This document shows positions 46,302-55,590 of a stretch of DNA of 64,000 bases, one piece after another. Within the stretch, counting starts at the first letter, position 1, and each line of letters opens with the position of its first letter. The stretch is from an uncultured Azospirillum sp. (GTDB taxonomy: Bacteria > Pseudomonadota > Alphaproteobacteria > RF32 > CAG-239): contig UQCS01000005.1 of the NCBI GenBank assembly GCA_900539605.1, positions 10,564-74,563 on the forward strand, written 5' to 3'. A program made the translations under genes and the position numbers. The notes below the pieces were generated by a model that made no database searches, was not told the origin of the DNA, and saw only the letters and a program-made list of their open reading frames with translations.

Positions 46302-49300
46302 TTAAAGCCGGTTGATCCTGGCTACATAATCCTTGATCGTTTCCAAACGACGGCTATAGTTTTCCAAATCTTTCTCCACCAACAGCTTCTGATCGGGACG
46401 AACTTTCAACGAACCAAAAGAACGGGCCACCAATTCTACCAGCTTTTCCGGCGCGCGAAAAACATTATTGTGAAAAGTGATCAAAAATCCTTTTGTCCCA
46501 GCATCAATTTTTTCAATGTTGGCACAGCGGCATAATTGCTTGATTTCAACCGTCTTAAGCAAATTTTCCACTTCCGGCGGCACCGGACCGAAACGGTCCA
46601 CCAACTCTTCGCGCATATCCAGCAATGCTTCCGGTGTTTCCAAACTGCCGATGCGTTTATACAATCCCAGCCGTACGCCCAGATCGCGCACATAGGTTTC
46701 GGGAATCATGATCGGCACACCGGTAACGATTTGCGGGCTCCAGTCGCTGGTTCCTTTAGTCTCTGTTTCGGCATCCGCGCCAGCTTTGATGCGGGCAATT
46801 TCTTCTTCCAGCATATGATGATACATGGCAATACCGACCTCTTTGATATGCCCCGACTGTTCTTCGCCGAGAATATTTCCCGATCCGCGGATATCCATAT
46901 CGTGACTGGCCAGAGAGAATCCGGCACCCAGGCTGTCCAGCGCTTGCAAAATGCTCAAACGCCGCTCGGCAATCGGCTTCAAATTCTTTTTCGGCGGCAC
47001 TGTAAAATAGCAGTAACCACGCACTTTTGAACGCCCGATCCGCCCCCGCAGCTGATAAAGTTGAGCCAAACCGAACATATCCGCCCGATAAACGATCATG
47101 GTATTAACCGACGGCATATCAATTCCCGACTCGATAATCGTCGTCGAAAGCAAAATGTCTCCCTTGCGGTCGGCAAAAGCGTTCATCACCTCTTCCAGCT
47201 GTTTAGCCGGCATTTGTCCGTGAGCGACCAAAATTTTGGCATCGGGTGCCAGCTCCTGCAATACGTCATGAACCCGCGCAATATCCGAAACCCGGGGACA
47301 GACGACAAAGGTCTGACCGCCGCGGAATTTCTCACGGTAGATTGCCTCCTTGATCATTACGCCGTCAAACGGCATCACAAAAGTTCGCGCTGCCAACCTG
47401 TCAACCGGCGGGGTGGCGATAATGCTCAGCTGTTTCACGCCGGTCAAAGACATTTGCAATGTTCGCGGAATCGGCGTGGCCGTCAGAGTCAGTACATGAA
47501 TGTCAGCTTTCAGATTTTTGAGTTTTTCTTTATGAGCAACCCCAAAATGCTGTTCTTCATCAATAATCAGCAGCCCAAGATTGCTGAATTCGATATTGTT
47601 GGCCAGCAGTGCATGAGTGCCGATGACAATATCCACCGAACCGTCTTTCAGGGCTTCTTTGATTTTACGGGCCTCGGTCGCCGTCTGTAAACGCGAAAGC
47701 ATCCTCACCTTGAGCGGAAAACCGGCCATTCGTTGCATAAAATTGTAATAATGTTGCCGGGCCAGCAAAGTTGTCGGCACAATCAACGCTGCCTGGGCAC
47801 CGGACATTGCCACGGCAAAGGCAGCCCGGAGCGCCACCTCGGTTTTGCCGAAACCGACGTCGCCGCAAACCAGCCGGTCCATCGGAATCCCCGCCGACAA
47901 ATCTCCGAGAACGTCGCCGATCGCATTCAGTTGATCTTCGGTTTCATTATAGGGAAAACCGGAACAAAATTCGTCATATAATCCTTCCGGTGCAATATAG
48001 GACTCTGCTTTTTTCAATTGTCGCTGTGCTGCTATTGCGATCAGCTTTTCGGCAATTTCGTGAATACGTTTTTTAACCTTCGCCTTTTTCGCTTCCCACG
48101 CCGAACCTCCGAGAGTGTCCAGCTGAATATTGTCATCGTCAATCCCGTAGCGGGAAACCGTTTCGATGTTTTCGACCGGAACAAACAGTTTGTCGCCGTT
48201 GGCATAAATAATTTTCAGGCAATCGTGCGGCGCACCACCGGCCGTAATGTTCTCCAACCCCATAAAACGCCCGATACCGTGCTCAATATGAACAACCGGT
48301 TCGCCGACATTGAGTGCGGAAATGTCCGCGATAAAATCCTTGGAAGTTACCTTTTTTACGGCACGGCGGTTTTGTCTGGCCCCCAGAATATCCTGTTCGG
48401 CCACCATGCACAATCCGTCACCGCGAAATCCGTGCGGCAGATTAAGCACAATCATTGCCACCTTGCGGATATCCGCTTTGTCAACCGCTTCTTTCCAACT
48501 GTCGGCAAAGGTAAATTCCAGTGAAGCGAAACGGCTCTCGGCTTTGGCGTCATTGATCAAAGTAAACAACCGCTCGCGTGATCCCGGAGAATAACAGCAG
48601 ATGATCCGCTTCATTTTTCCGTATTCGGTCAAATAGGCAAGCAAATCCAAATAAACCTGAGCCGCATTCACGCTTTTGGCAGCCGAGAAATCGCGTCCCG
48701 GTAAAACACCGGTATCGTAATTGTCGTTGTTTTCGAGCAGATTCATTCCGGTAAGAAAGACAGCACGACGATTTCGGGTAATATTGCCAAACTCTTTTTC
48801 GTCGAGATATAGTTGTTCCGGCGGTACCGGACGATAATTGTCGACTTCTCCGGCATTTTTGACTTTCAGAGCTTCCAACCGCGATATATAGTGGTCGGCA
48901 ATGCTTTCGCTTTTTGAAGATAAGGCGGCATCGGCATTGCGTCCGATCACGATTTTGGCACGCGGCAGGTATTCAAACAGGTTCGGCAACGGTTCTTCAT
49001 AAAAAAACGGCAGCCAGTTTTCCATTCCCATATACTTGCGCCCGTTAGAGACGGCTTCGTAAATCTCGTCGTCTTTGAAGGCGGCGCCAAAGGCTTCGCG
49101 ATAACGGCCGCGAAAACTTCTGATCGTATTCTCGTCCAACACCACTTCCCCGGCAGCTTGGAACAAATAGCTTTTGATTTCGCCGGTGGTCCGTTGGTTC
49201 AAAGCATCAAAAGTGCGGATTTTTTCAACTTCGTCGCCAAACAGGTCAATTCGCAGCGGTTCTGCCGATCCGGTGGGGAATATGTCGACAATATCGCCAC

Positions 49301-49775
49301 GAACCGCATATTCGCCGGGTTCCATTACTTGTTCGACCCGGCTGTAGCCGTTGATTGACATATAATGAACAAAGTTGTTAAAATTCAGCGTGCTGCCAAC
49401 CCTGACCACCTTCCTTGAGTTAAGAAAAATCTTTTTGGGCGGCAATTTTTGTAAAACCGCGCCGACGCTGGTCACAATTATCCGCGGACGCTTGGTTTGG
49501 GGTTCAACCGCCAGCCGTCCCAGCGTGTCGGTACGCCGGGCAATCAGGTTAATATTGGGAGAAACGCGGTCATAAGGCACGGTGTCCCAGGCCGGAAAAC
49601 GCAAAATTTCCGTATCCGGCAGCAAGACCTGTAGGATATCGGCATTTTGTTCAAGCGCCGTACCGTCGCTGGCAATATACAAAACATCGTCGGCGCTGTG
49701 GCGATACAGTTCGGCTACGGCAAAAGGCTCATAGCCTTCGCTGACGGAAGAAATGGAAATCGGATCTTTTGGCAT
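46302..49775 (-). CDS. mfd: Transcription-repair coupling factor Mfd
   Basis: 1157 aa. UvrB-homology N-terminus, CarD-like domain, superfamily-2 helicase motifs (GDVGFGKTEVA, DEEQHFGV) and TRG motif region. Confidence 0.95.
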   Translation of the reverse strand: MPKDPISISSVSEGYEPFAVAELYRHSADDVLYIASDGTALEQNADILQVLLPDTEILRFPAWDTVPYDRVSPNINLIARRTDTLGRLAVEPQTKRPRIIVTSVGAVLQKLPPKKIFLNSRKVVRVGSTLNFNNFVHYMSINGYSRVEQVMEPGEYAVRGDIVDIFPTGSAEPLRIDLFGDEVEKIRTFDALNQRTTGEIKSYLFQAAGEVVLDENTIRSFRGRYREAFGAAFKDDEIYEAVSNGRKYMGMENWLPFFYEEPLPNLFEYLPRAKIVIGRNADAALSSKSESIADHYISRLEALKVKNAGEVDNYRPVPPEQLYLDEKEFGNITRNRRAVFLTGMNLLENNDNYDTGVLPGRDFSAAKSVNAAQVYLDLLAYLTEYGKMKRIICCYSPGSRERLFTLINDAKAESRFASLEFTFADSWKEAVDKADIRKVAMIVLNLPHGFRGDGLCMVAEQDILGARQNRRAVKKVTSKDFIADISALNVGEPVVHIEHGIGRFMGLENITAGGAPHDCLKIIYANGDKLFVPVENIETVSRYGIDDDNIQLDTLGGSAWEAKKAKVKKRIHEIAEKLIAIAAQRQLKKAESYIAPEGLYDEFCSGFPYNETEDQLNAIGDVLGDLSAGIPMDRLVCGDVGFGKTEVALRAAFAVAMSGAQAALIVPTTLLARQHYYNFMQRMAGFPLKVRMLSRLQTATEARKIKEALKDGSVDIVIGTHALLANNIEFSNLGLLIIDEEQHFGVAHKEKLKNLKADIHVLTLTATPIPRTLQMSLTGVKQLSIIATPPVDRLAARTFVMPFDGVMIKEAIYREKFRGGQTFVVCPRVSDIARVHDVLQELAPDAKILVAHGQMPAKQLEEVMNAFADRKGDILLSTTIIESGIDMPSVNTMIVYRADMFGLAQLYQLRGRIGRSKVRGYCYFTVPPKKNLKPIAERRLSILQALDSLGAGFSLASHDMDIRGSGNILGEEQSGHIKEVGIAMYHHMLEEEIARIKAGADAETETKGTSDWSPQIVTGVPIMIPETYVRDLGVRLGLYKRIGSLETPEALLDMREELVDRFGPVPPEVENLLKTVEIKQLCRCANIEKIDAGTKGFLITFHNNVFRAPEKLVELVARSFGSLKVRPDQKLLVEKDLENYSRRLETIKDYVARINRL

Positions 49776-49855
49776 CTTTCTATCTTCTTGTTTACATCTT
49801 TTTCAAAAATATATACAATCAGGAGCGATAGCAACCTTTTTTTGGGCAAAAAATC

Positions 49856-51937
49856 ATGCGGCCGTCATTTTTATATCCGTTGTTTGCTTCACCTTCATCA
49901 ATTCGGGGGGTCGGCGACAAATATCTCGGACTTTTGCACAACCTCGGGATCGACCGGATCACCGACCTGCTCTGGCATCTGCCGTACACCTGTAACGACC
50001 GGCGACGTTCTTCCTCGGTAGCCAATTTGAAAAACGGCGAAATAAATACCGTAAAGATTCGGGTTGTGGAACACTTAGCCCCCAAGAGCCGCAAACAGCC
50101 TTATCAGGTTTTATGCGAAGATGACAGCGGACAAATCACTCTGGTCTTTTTCAAAGCTTATCCCGATTCTATCCAAAAGAACCTGCCGCTTGGCGCCGAA
50201 CGGGTCATCAGCGGCAAAGTTGAACTTTTTAATGGTCGCTGGCAAATGAGCCACCCCGATTATATTGCCGCGCCCGAAAACAGCCGGCAGATTCCCGAAA
50301 TTGAACCGGTTTACGGTCTCACGGCCGGCATTACCAACAAATTTATCAGCCGGCTGATATACAATGCCCTGCCCCTGATTCCGGCTTTGCCGGAATGGCT
50401 GGAATCCAACCATATGAAAACGCTCGGTTTTCCGGCTTTCAAAACCGCATTGCAACAGGTTCACCATCCTGATGGCACCGTGGCTTTACTGCCGTCTTCT
50501 CCGGCACGGATGCGGCTGGCTTATGACGAACTGCTCGCCAACCAGCTGTCACTGGCTCTGGTACGTGCCAAAGTCAAGAAGCAGCCGGGACGCCAAATTG
50601 CCGGCAACGGATTGTTGCGCCGCAAAGTTTTAGACCACTTGCCATTTAAACTGACCGCTGCGCAACAAAAAGTTCTTGCCGAAATATCGGCCGATCAGGC
50701 GGCAGCAAGCCGAATGCTGCGGCTGCTTCAGGGAGATGTCGGCAGCGGCAAAACAATCGTCGCGCTTTTAACCATGCTCAATGCGGTTGAATGCGGTTAT
50801 CAGGCAGCCATCATGGCACCGACAGAAATTCTGGCCAAACAGCATTTTGACACTATTGCACCCTTATGTGAAGAAGCGGGATTGAAAGCAGCCTTGCTTA
50901 CCGGCCGCATAAAAGGAAAATCGCGCACTTTGCTGTTAGAACAATTGCAACAGGGGAAAATCAATATTTTGATCGGCACCCATGCGTTGTTTGTCGAAGA
51001 TGTTGTTTTTAACGATCTTGCCTGTGTCGTGATAGACGAGCAACACCGTTTCGGCGTTCATCAGCGTTTGAACTTGTCCGCCAAAGGCAACCGCGCCGAC
51101 GTGTTGGTGATGACGGCAACGCCAATTCCACGGACGCTGATCCTCACCGCATTCGGTGATATGGAATACTCGAAAATTGACCAACTTCCGGAAGGACGAA
51201 AGCCGGTAGACACCCGGGTAATACCGTTAACGCGGATTGATGAGATTATTCCGGCCTTGCAGCGTAAAATCGCTGCCGGCGAGAGAGTTTACTGGGTGTG
51301 TCCGTTGGTCGAAGAATCCGAAAAGCTTGATCTTGCCGCTGCCGAAAATCGTTTTGAAATCTTGCAAAAAACTTTTGGCGCCGATGTCGGGTTGGTTCAC
51401 GGCAAAATGAAAGAAAAGCAAAAAGATGAAATTATGGAACGTTTCAAAAACGGCGAAATCAAATTGCTGGTGGCAACCACCGTTATTGAAGTCGGCGTCA
51501 ATGTGCCGGAAGCTACGGTGATGATTATCGAACATGCCGAACGCTTCGGTCTTGCCCAGCTTCACCAGCTGCGCGGCCGGGTTAAACGCGGCTGCCGGCC
51601 CGCCATCTGTATTTTGTTGTACGGCTATCCGCTGGGGGCAACTTCTCGTGCGCGCCTCAACATTATGCGCGACACCGAAGACGGCTTTGCGATCGCCGAA
51701 GAAGACTTAAAACTGCGCGGCGGCGGCGAAATCCTCGGAACCCGCCAATCGGGTTGCGAAAACTTCAAGTTGGCGCAAATGCCTGAACATCAAAATCTGT
51801 TAATTACAGCCAATAAAGACGCCCGAATGATTCTTGCCGCCGATCCCGAACTGACCTCGCCCCGCGGACAAGCCTTGCGTACCCTGCTTTATTTGTTCGA
51901 ACGCGATGATGCGGTCAAAACTTATCTGGCGGGATAA
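49856..51937 (+). CDS. recG: ATP-dependent DNA helicase RecG
   Basis: Wedge (OB) domain, then the helicase motifs GDVGSGKT, DEQHRFGV and QLHQLRGRV. Confidence 0.95.
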   Translation: MRPSFLYPLFASPSSIRGVGDKYLGLLHNLGIDRITDLLWHLPYTCNDRRRSSSVANLKNGEINTVKIRVVEHLAPKSRKQPYQVLCEDDSGQITLVFFKAYPDSIQKNLPLGAERVISGKVELFNGRWQMSHPDYIAAPENSRQIPEIEPVYGLTAGITNKFISRLIYNALPLIPALPEWLESNHMKTLGFPAFKTALQQVHHPDGTVALLPSSPARMRLAYDELLANQLSLALVRAKVKKQPGRQIAGNGLLRRKVLDHLPFKLTAAQQKVLAEISADQAAASRMLRLLQGDVGSGKTIVALLTMLNAVECGYQAAIMAPTEILAKQHFDTIAPLCEEAGLKAALLTGRIKGKSRTLLLEQLQQGKINILIGTHALFVEDVVFNDLACVVIDEQHRFGVHQRLNLSAKGNRADVLVMTATPIPRTLILTAFGDMEYSKIDQLPEGRKPVDTRVIPLTRIDEIIPALQRKIAAGERVYWVCPLVEESEKLDLAAAENRFEILQKTFGADVGLVHGKMKEKQKDEIMERFKNGEIKLLVATTVIEVGVNVPEATVMIIEHAERFGLAQLHQLRGRVKRGCRPAICILLYGYPLGATSRARLNIMRDTEDGFAIAEEDLKLRGGGEILGTRQSGCENFKLAQMPEHQNLLITANKDARMILAADPELTSPRGQALRTLLYLFERDDAVKTYLAG

Positions 51938-51953
51938 AGCGTTGCAGATTCCG

Positions 51954-52397
51954 TTAAGCCAGTTCTTCCACGGTTTTGTGTCCGGTGGCAAAATCTTTAA
52001 CAACCAACGTTGTTACCGGTGCCAGCGAATGTTTTTCAAACAGCAGCCCGTGCCCTAGGCACAATCCCATAATAATGTTAAGGTCCGTGTTCTGACTGTT
52101 CAGATAATCGGCCTGAGAAACCGGGTCACAACTGGGTCCGCACATGCCGGCGTCAATTTCCGAAGCGTTAAGACCGCTTTCCTTACAATGAACCAGGTAA
52201 ATTTCAAATCCGGCTTCCTGCAGCAAAACGGCAAGCTTTTTGGCATAAGCAAACATGCCGGCACAGCTGGCAATACCCAGCCGTTCAAAGTCCGACAGCT
52301 TGGAAAAATCGATCAGTTCCTGCAGTCTGGATTTGTTTTTTGCTTGCGCCGTTATCTGCATTTGACGTTTTTCGGCATCGGAATAATGACCTTTCAT
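51954..52397 (-). CDS. DUF1847-family putative metal-binding protein
   Basis: Cys pattern (GIASCAG, HCK, CGPSCDP, GLCLGH) as I recall it for DUF1847. 147 aa. Confidence 0.65.
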   Translation of the reverse strand: MKGHYSDAEKRQMQITAQAKNKSRLQELIDFSKLSDFERLGIASCAGMFAYAKKLAVLLQEAGFEIYLVHCKESGLNASEIDAGMCGPSCDPVSQADYLNSQNTDLNIIMGLCLGHGLLFEKHSLAPVTTLVVKDFATGHKTVEELA

Positions 52398-52443
52398 AAC
52401 AGTTTTTCTCCTTATGATAATGTGCTCTCCTTCGTATTAACGC

Positions 52444-52486
52444 AAAAAAAATAAACACTCAAGCTTTTTATGCTTAAGTGTTTATT
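52444..52486 (-). terminator. Rho-independent terminator
   Basis: 14-bp stem with one mismatch (AATAAACACTTAAG / CTTGAGTGTTTATT on -), followed by TTTTTTTT. Confidence 0.8.
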
Positions 52487-52504
52487 CAATAGCCGGCAAG
52501 CAGT

Positions 52505-52882
52505 TTATGCTTCCCGATACTTTTTCCATTCTGCCGAGGCTTTGTCTTGTGCCTCGAGCGCATTAGCCAGCTTGAGACACACCGGCTTCAGAGGGTTTCC
52601 GTCGACGATAGAAGTTTCGACATAGCTGAGGAAACGTCGTTCGTGCTTCAGAACCAGCCAAATCAGCTGTTCTTTCTGATCGTTCAGAAATACGAAGTCC
52701 GGAAACTCGGATGTCGTTTTTGCCTGTGCCGCCTTTTCCAACCAACATTGAGCTACTTCAAACATCATCAGGACTTCGCCCGGATTTTTGGGCATGATTT
52801 CACCGGTTAAAAACATAGAAGCCATGTTAACGGCGACATCGTAGTTTTCTTTGGCTGCATTGATAAGCTGTTGCATATTCAT
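52505..52882 (-). CDS. Hypothetical cytoplasmic protein (125 aa from the ATG)
   Basis: ORF with a near-consensus promoter 33 nt upstream and a terminator downstream. No family recognised and no clear SD. Confidence 0.55.
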   Translation of the reverse strand: MNMQQLINAAKENYDVAVNMASMFLTGEIMPKNPGEVLMMFEVAQCWLEKAAQAKTTSEFPDFVFLNDQKEQLIWLVLKHERRFLSYVETSIVDGNPLKPVCLKLANALEAQDKASAEWKKYREA

Positions 52883-52914
52883 AGTAATCAAGTTTATAAT
52901 TTTCTAACTTTTAA

Positions 52915-52942
52915 ATTATACAAAAAAACAACATTTTGTCAA
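52915..52942 (-). promoter_or_regulatory. Near-consensus sigma70 promoter
   Basis: On the - strand: TTGACA, 16 nt, TATAAT. Confidence 0.7.
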
Positions 52943-53010
52943 TCGGGCTTTTTCTTTTAAAAATCAGACTGTTTTTTTATATTTTCAACGTTCTGTTTCA
53001 AAAGACAACG

Positions 53011-53285
53011 ACCGAAAACCTTGCTGCTTTGACCCGGCCGCGCCGGCCCTACCGCTAACCGTCATACATACAATGGCAAAGGAGTTTTTTTCCGCAAAGC
53101 TGTAAGCTTTTTGGGGCCATGCACCTAGCGCATGGTTTTCGGGATACAATAAATTTCCGCTAACTAACGCAAGTGGTATTAGCTGTTGGAACTACGTTCG
53201 CCCGGTCCAACGGCTGCGTAAGCCTGACGGCTGGGCTGGTATGCTTACATCTGCCTGCTTGCGCCGGTCATGTTACGCTCAAACC
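53011..53285. ncRNA. Candidate structured non-coding RNA or element, family and strand unresolved
   Basis: GC-rich and ORF-free. It lies between the rpoD terminator and the next promoter. Nested helices: CCGAAAACC/GGTTTTCGG (53012/53135), CCATGC/GCATGG, AGCTGTTGGA/TCCAACGGCT (one G-U), GTAAGC/GCTTAC and CGCAAG/CTTGCG. The bidirectional terminator at 53291-53324 could end a + strand transcript. Confidence 0.35.
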
Positions 53286-53290
53286 ATAAG

Positions 53291-53324
53291 AAAAAAAACT
53301 CCCTCAAACCGGGAGTTTTTTCTT
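53291..53324. terminator. Bidirectional rho-independent terminator (rpoD on -, possible ncRNA on +)
   Basis: A8 run, stem AACTCCC / GGGAGTT, then T6CTTTT. Confidence 0.85.
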
Positions 53325-55412
53325 TTATTGATCCAGAAACGAACGCAACTTGCGTGACCGGCTCGGATGTTTCAGCTTGCGCAGCGCCTTGGCCTCAATT
53401 TGGCGGATACGCTCACGGGTAACGTTAAATTGTTGTCCCACTTCTTCCAAAGTATGGTCGGTATTCATACCGATACCGAAACGCATCCGCAAAACCCGTT
53501 CTTCACGCGGTGTCAGCGACGACAGAATGCGGGTGCAGGTCTCTTTTAGGTTGGTATGAATGGCCGAATCAAGCGGCTGCAGAGCGCTCTCGTCGGGAAT
53601 AAAATCGCCGAGGGAAGAATCTTCTTCATCGCCGACCGGAGATTCCAAACTGACCGGTTCTTTGGCAATTTTCATCACTTTGCGCACTTTTTCAAGCGGC
53701 ATCGACAACCGGGCAGCCAGTTCTTCCGGTACCGGTTCCCGCCCCATTTCAGACAACATTTGTCGTGAAGTTCTAACCAGTTTATTAATCGTTTCAATCA
53801 TATGAACCGGGATACGGATTGTTCTTGCCTGATCGGCAATCGAACGCGTAATTGCCTGGCGGATCCACCAGGTGGCATAAGTTGAGAATTTATAACCGCG
53901 GCGATATTCAAACTTGTCAACCGCCTTCATCAGTCCGATATTGCCTTCCTGAATCAGATCCAGGAACTGCAAACCGCGGTTGGTATATTTTTTTGCAATT
54001 GAGATAACCAGGCGCAGGTTGGCTTCAATCATCTCTTTTTTGGCACGTTCGGCTTCACGTTCGCCTTTCTTAATGGTGTCAACCATCCGACGATATTCGG
54101 TAATCGGCAAACCGCATTCCTGAGCCATACGGGCAACGCTGTCGCGTAGTTCGACGACCTCGGCACCGTATTTGTTTACAAAATCCTGCCAGTGCTTGTC
54201 TTTTTTGTGCGAAACGTTTTCGACCCAGTTCGGATCCAATTCCGATTTTTGATACACATCAAGAAAATCTTCCCGCTTAATCTTGCAGGCAAGTGCATAA
54301 CGCAGCAATTTGCCTTCCAAGCCCATCAAACGTTTGTTAAGATCGTTCAGTTGTTCTACCAGTTGTTCAATTCGGACGGTATTAAGGTGGATTGAGCTCA
54401 TCAGTTCGACTAACTCTTTTTTGACTTGAACATATTGCTTTTCAACGGCAGGTTTAATGCTTTTTCCTGCCAGAATCGCTTCCACCCGTTGGCTCTGGAT
54501 TTTTTTCAAATCGTCGTAATAGCTGGAGATGCGGGTTAAAATTTCCAGAACCGGTTCCCACAAGGCTTCTTCCATCGCTGAGACAGAAGCCGACGAATGG
54601 CCGCCGACCCCGTCTTCGGAATCATCCATATGCGCCACGCCGTCAACGGCTTCGTCGCCGGCTTCACCGTCAATTCCGGCAGTGTCTTCGTCTTCATCAG
54701 CGTTTTCTTCGTCGTCTACGGTGTCTTCCAGATCAATATCGTCGGTCAGATCCTCGTCAATATCATCCAGGTTTTCTTTCTTTTCCAACTCGGCGGCCAC
54801 TTTTTCCAAGTCGTCTACCGGTGCACTTTCTTCATCTTCATAAACCAGAGCTTCCGGGTCGTCGCCGTACATCATTTCCAAGTCGACTACATCGCGCAGC
54901 TGCATTTTGCCGGAAAGCAGATCATCTTTCCATCCCGCAATCGCCTTAATCGTCATGGGGCTTTCGCACAAACCGTCGATCATGACGGTTTTGCCAGCTT
55001 CAATCCGTTTGGCGATCGCAATTTCACCTTCGCGCGACAGCAGTTCCACCGAGCCCATTTCTTTTAAATACATCCGGACCGGGTCATCGTAACGCCCCAT
55101 GTCTTTTTCGTCAAAATTGCCTGATTCTTCAAAGTCGGTATCGTCTTCCGTTTCTTCTTCGGGTTCAAAATTATCGGCTTCGGATTCAGAGATAATACTG
55201 ATTCCCATATCCGAAATTTCCGACATTATATCCTCAATTTGTTCGGAAGATTCCTTATCGGACGGCAAAGCTTTGTTGAGTTCTTCCACCGTGATGTAGC
55301 CGCGGGCTTTTCCTTTTTCGACCACCCGTTTGATAGCGCTTCCCAAACTGTCAATCAACGGGGCGTCGACAGCGCCGGCCTCATAAAAGTCTTGATTTTC
55401 TGTATCTGACAT
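53325..55412 (-). CDS. rpoD: RNA polymerase primary sigma factor RpoD
   Basis: Regions 1.1 to 4.2 are present ([34 protein letters not shown]) with a long acidic non-conserved insert. ATG at 55412. Confidence 0.95.
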   Translation of the reverse strand: MSDTENQDFYEAGAVDAPLIDSLGSAIKRVVEKGKARGYITVEELNKALPSDKESSEQIEDIMSEISDMGISIISESEADNFEPEEETEDDTDFEESGNFDEKDMGRYDDPVRMYLKEMGSVELLSREGEIAIAKRIEAGKTVMIDGLCESPMTIKAIAGWKDDLLSGKMQLRDVVDLEMMYGDDPEALVYEDEESAPVDDLEKVAAELEKKENLDDIDEDLTDDIDLEDTVDDEENADEDEDTAGIDGEAGDEAVDGVAHMDDSEDGVGGHSSASVSAMEEALWEPVLEILTRISSYYDDLKKIQSQRVEAILAGKSIKPAVEKQYVQVKKELVELMSSIHLNTVRIEQLVEQLNDLNKRLMGLEGKLLRYALACKIKREDFLDVYQKSELDPNWVENVSHKKDKHWQDFVNKYGAEVVELRDSVARMAQECGLPITEYRRMVDTIKKGEREAERAKKEMIEANLRLVISIAKKYTNRGLQFLDLIQEGNIGLMKAVDKFEYRRGYKFSTYATWWIRQAITRSIADQARTIRIPVHMIETINKLVRTSRQMLSEMGREPVPEELAARLSMPLEKVRKVMKIAKEPVSLESPVGDEEDSSLGDFIPDESALQPLDSAIHTNLKETCTRILSSLTPREERVLRMRFGIGMNTDHTLEEVGQQFNVTRERIRQIEAKALRKLKHPSRSRKLRSFLDQ

Positions 55413-55479
55413 ATTTTTTCCCAAAAATCGATTTTTTCTGCCGAACCTTGCATTCGGAGAACAAGTTGCTAGCCGCTCT

Positions 55480-55508
55480 TTTTTAGAGTTTTCTTGTCAA
55501 TTTGTCAA
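55480..55508 (-). promoter_or_regulatory. Sigma70-like promoter in the dnaG-rpoD spacer
   Basis: On the - strand: TTGACA, 17 nt, TAAAAA. Confidence 0.45.
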
Positions 55509-55590
55509 CACCACTCTTATAAATAATTTCGTCTTTGCAAACGACAATACAACTAAAGTAAGTAATTGTGCCGTTTTGGGAACACCGCTG

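Noticed and set aside
53011-53285. The same known-RNA candidates for the element downstream of rpoD. This includes a possible tag frame GCG AAC GTA GTT ... TAG (ANVVPTANTTCVS) on the - strand.
   Set aside because: The conserved motifs listed above are absent. The putative tag does not end in the canonical (A/L/V)AA, and no tRNA-like domain is present. Identity is left open.
54450-54900. Long Asp/Glu-rich insertion in RpoD as a possible anomaly.
   Set aside because: An acidic non-conserved region between sigma regions 1.2 and 2 is normal for primary sigma factors, including alphaproteobacterial ones.
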